Shown: positions 62,454 through 64,000 of the stretch, piece by piece
Layout: each line of letters opens with the position of its first letter
How positions within the stretch are numbered: position 1 is the stretch's first letter
Assembly (NCBI GenBank): GCA_965197525.1
Contig: OZ240211.1
Span: 1,920,001-1,984,000 of the forward strand
Reading direction: 5' to 3'
DNA length: 64,000 nt
Source of the DNA: Nitrosopumilus sp.
GTDB lineage: Archaea > Thermoproteota > Nitrososphaeria > Nitrososphaerales > Nitrosopumilaceae
The notes under the pieces: generated by a model
Seen by the model: the letters and a program-made list of their open reading frames with translations, nothing else
The model's database searches: none
What the model was told of the DNA's origin: nothing
Made by a program: the position numbers and the translations under genes

Positions 62454-64000
62454 TTGCCAAATATTGTAGTTGATACCAGTGTTATCATCAACGGTCAGAT
62501 GATGTCCCAGATCGAATCCGGTTCTCTTAGAAATTCTAAAATTATTATCCCCCAAGTAGTATTTGACGAGTTACAGTCACAGGCATCACAGAAGAAAGAG
62601 AAGGGGTTCCTCGGTTTGGAGAAGATCAAATCTCTCAAATCATTATCTGGCAGTTACGGACTAGATATCACCATATCTGGCATACATCCTTCATATGATG
62701 ATATTCTCCTATCCTCTAATGGAAGAATAGATTCTCTGATAACTGATTTGGCAGAAGAAAACGACGCTACTCTGTACACTTCTGACCGGGCACAACATCT
62801 AGCTGCCCAAGCCAAAGGTATTCCTACAGTATTTCTCAAAACCCTGATTGAATCTGACACACAACTGGAATTTCTCAAATTCTTTGATTCTAATACAATG
62901 AGTGTTCATCTAAAAGAGGACCAATATCCCTTGGGGAAGAGAGGAAAGCCCGGGTCATTTACCCTAGAGCAGCTCAACAATACTATCTTATCCAAAGAGT
63001 ATCTAGAGATGGTATCTTCTCAGATTTTGAATCTTGTAAACATCTCTGACTCTAGTACATTAGAGATATCCCAACTTGGCGCATATGTAGTCCAACACGG
63101 AAACTATCGAATAGCAATCACCCATCCTCCGTTCTCTGATTCCATTGAGATTACTATAGTCCATCCCATCGTACAACTGTCAATTGATGACTATGAAATA
63201 TCTGACAAGCTCATGGAACGGTTCTCTGATCGTGCAGAAGGCATCGTTATATCCGGTGCCCCAGGCTCTGGGAAGAGTACGCTTGCATCAGGACTGGCAA
63301 ACTTTTACCATAAACGTGGCAGGATAGTTAAGACGTTCGAATCCCCTCGCGATCTACAAGTTGACTCTGGCGTGGCTCAATACGGTAAACTGGATGGAAG
63401 TTTTGATAATACCGCTGATATCTTGCTGCTTGTACGCCCCGACTATACGGTATTTGATGAGGTACGGCGACGGGAAGATTTTACAACGTTTGCTGACCTG
63501 CGATTAACTGGGGTAGGGATGGTCGGAGTAGTCCATGCAAATTCTCCCCTTGATGCAATTCAGCGCTTTATCGGAAAGATTGAGCTTGGTATGATCCCAA
63601 GTGTCTTGGATACTGTAGTATTTGTAAAAGATGGCATGATTCACAAAATCTATGATCTGGAACTCAAAGTCAAGGTACCTACAGGCATGACTGAATCTGA
63701 TCTTGCAAGGCCTGTCATCGAAATAAAGAATTTTCAAGATAACGTCTTAGAGCATGAAATTTACACATTTGGAGAGGAAAATGTTATTGTGCCAGTTGAG
63801 AAAAAGATTGACAAGACTGGAATTCAAAGCCTGGCTGAACAAAAAATCAAAGAGATCTTTATGCGGTATGACAGTCAAGCAGAAGTTGAGATACTATCCA
63901 ATGAACGAGTACGAGTCCTAGTAGACGAACACCGAATTGCACCCATCATAGGGAGAGGAGGCTCAAACATCAGCGCCATTGAAAAGTCTCTTAAAATACA
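62454..64000 (+). CDS. PIN-domain ATPase (PINA/PINc-VapC-ATPase-KH), partial; runs off the window
   Basis: TTG start; (M)PNIVVDTSVII PIN motif; GAPGSGKST; RPDYTVFDEVR; GVVHA; KH-like IIGRGG at the end. Absent from the ORF track because no stop lies in the window. Confidence 0.88.
   Translation, partial: MPNIVVDTSVIINGQMMSQIESGSLRNSKIIIPQVVFDELQSQASQKKEKGFLGLEKIKSLKSLSGSYGLDITISGIHPSYDDILLSSNGRIDSLITDLAEENDATLYTSDRAQHLAAQAKGIPTVFLKTLIESDTQLEFLKFFDSNTMSVHLKEDQYPLGKRGKPGSFTLEQLNNTILSKEYLEMVSSQILNLVNISDSSTLEISQLGAYVVQHGNYRIAITHPPFSDSIEITIVHPIVQLSIDDYEISDKLMERFSDRAEGIVISGAPGSGKSTLASGLANFYHKRGRIVKTFESPRDLQVDSGVAQYGKLDGSFDNTADILLLVRPDYTVFDEVRRREDFTTFADLRLTGVGMVGVVHANSPLDAIQRFIGKIELGMIPSVLDTVVFVKDGMIHKIYDLELKVKVPTGMTESDLARPVIEIKNFQDNVLEHEIYTFGEENVIVPVEKKIDKTGIQSLAEQKIKEIFMRYDSQAEVEILSNERVRVLVDEHRIAPIIGRGGSNISAIEKSLKI

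Overview
Archaeal chromosome segment. Gene content and order (uvrB-uvrA-uvrC, CdvB-like/CdvC, carAB, a lone A/V-ATPase subunit F gene, lsrF, ilvB-ilvN-leuA-leuB, archaeal aspS, PIN-ATPase) fit the ammonia-oxidising Nitrosopumilaceae; this assignment is inferred from protein recognition, not from a search. Core blocks are interleaved with accessory DNA: a highly repetitive Ig-like/P-domain surface protein, four toxin-antitoxin loci (two type IV, two RelE-like), IS481, ISH3, IS5 and IS6 elements and ISH3 miniature derivatives. The main finding is a 21-nt insertion (31818-31838) with an in-frame stop in the conserved GE|FDYSG motif of carB. It folds into an archaeal bulge-helix-bulge/loop motif whose predicted endonuclease cuts remove exactly the insertion, so it is a candidate tRNA-type intron in a protein-coding mRNA. 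Other notable items: a serine-type tRNA body with an ATC (Asp) anticodon, an AbiE operon hit three times (including an IS481 copy with a 15-bp target duplication), a TA cassette between 271-bp diverged direct repeats, and an unexplained GC-rich structured element. Several single-base frameshifts and an insertion-rich duplicate at about 36.7-38.1 kb suggest imperfect consensus quality, so frameshift calls need read-level checking.
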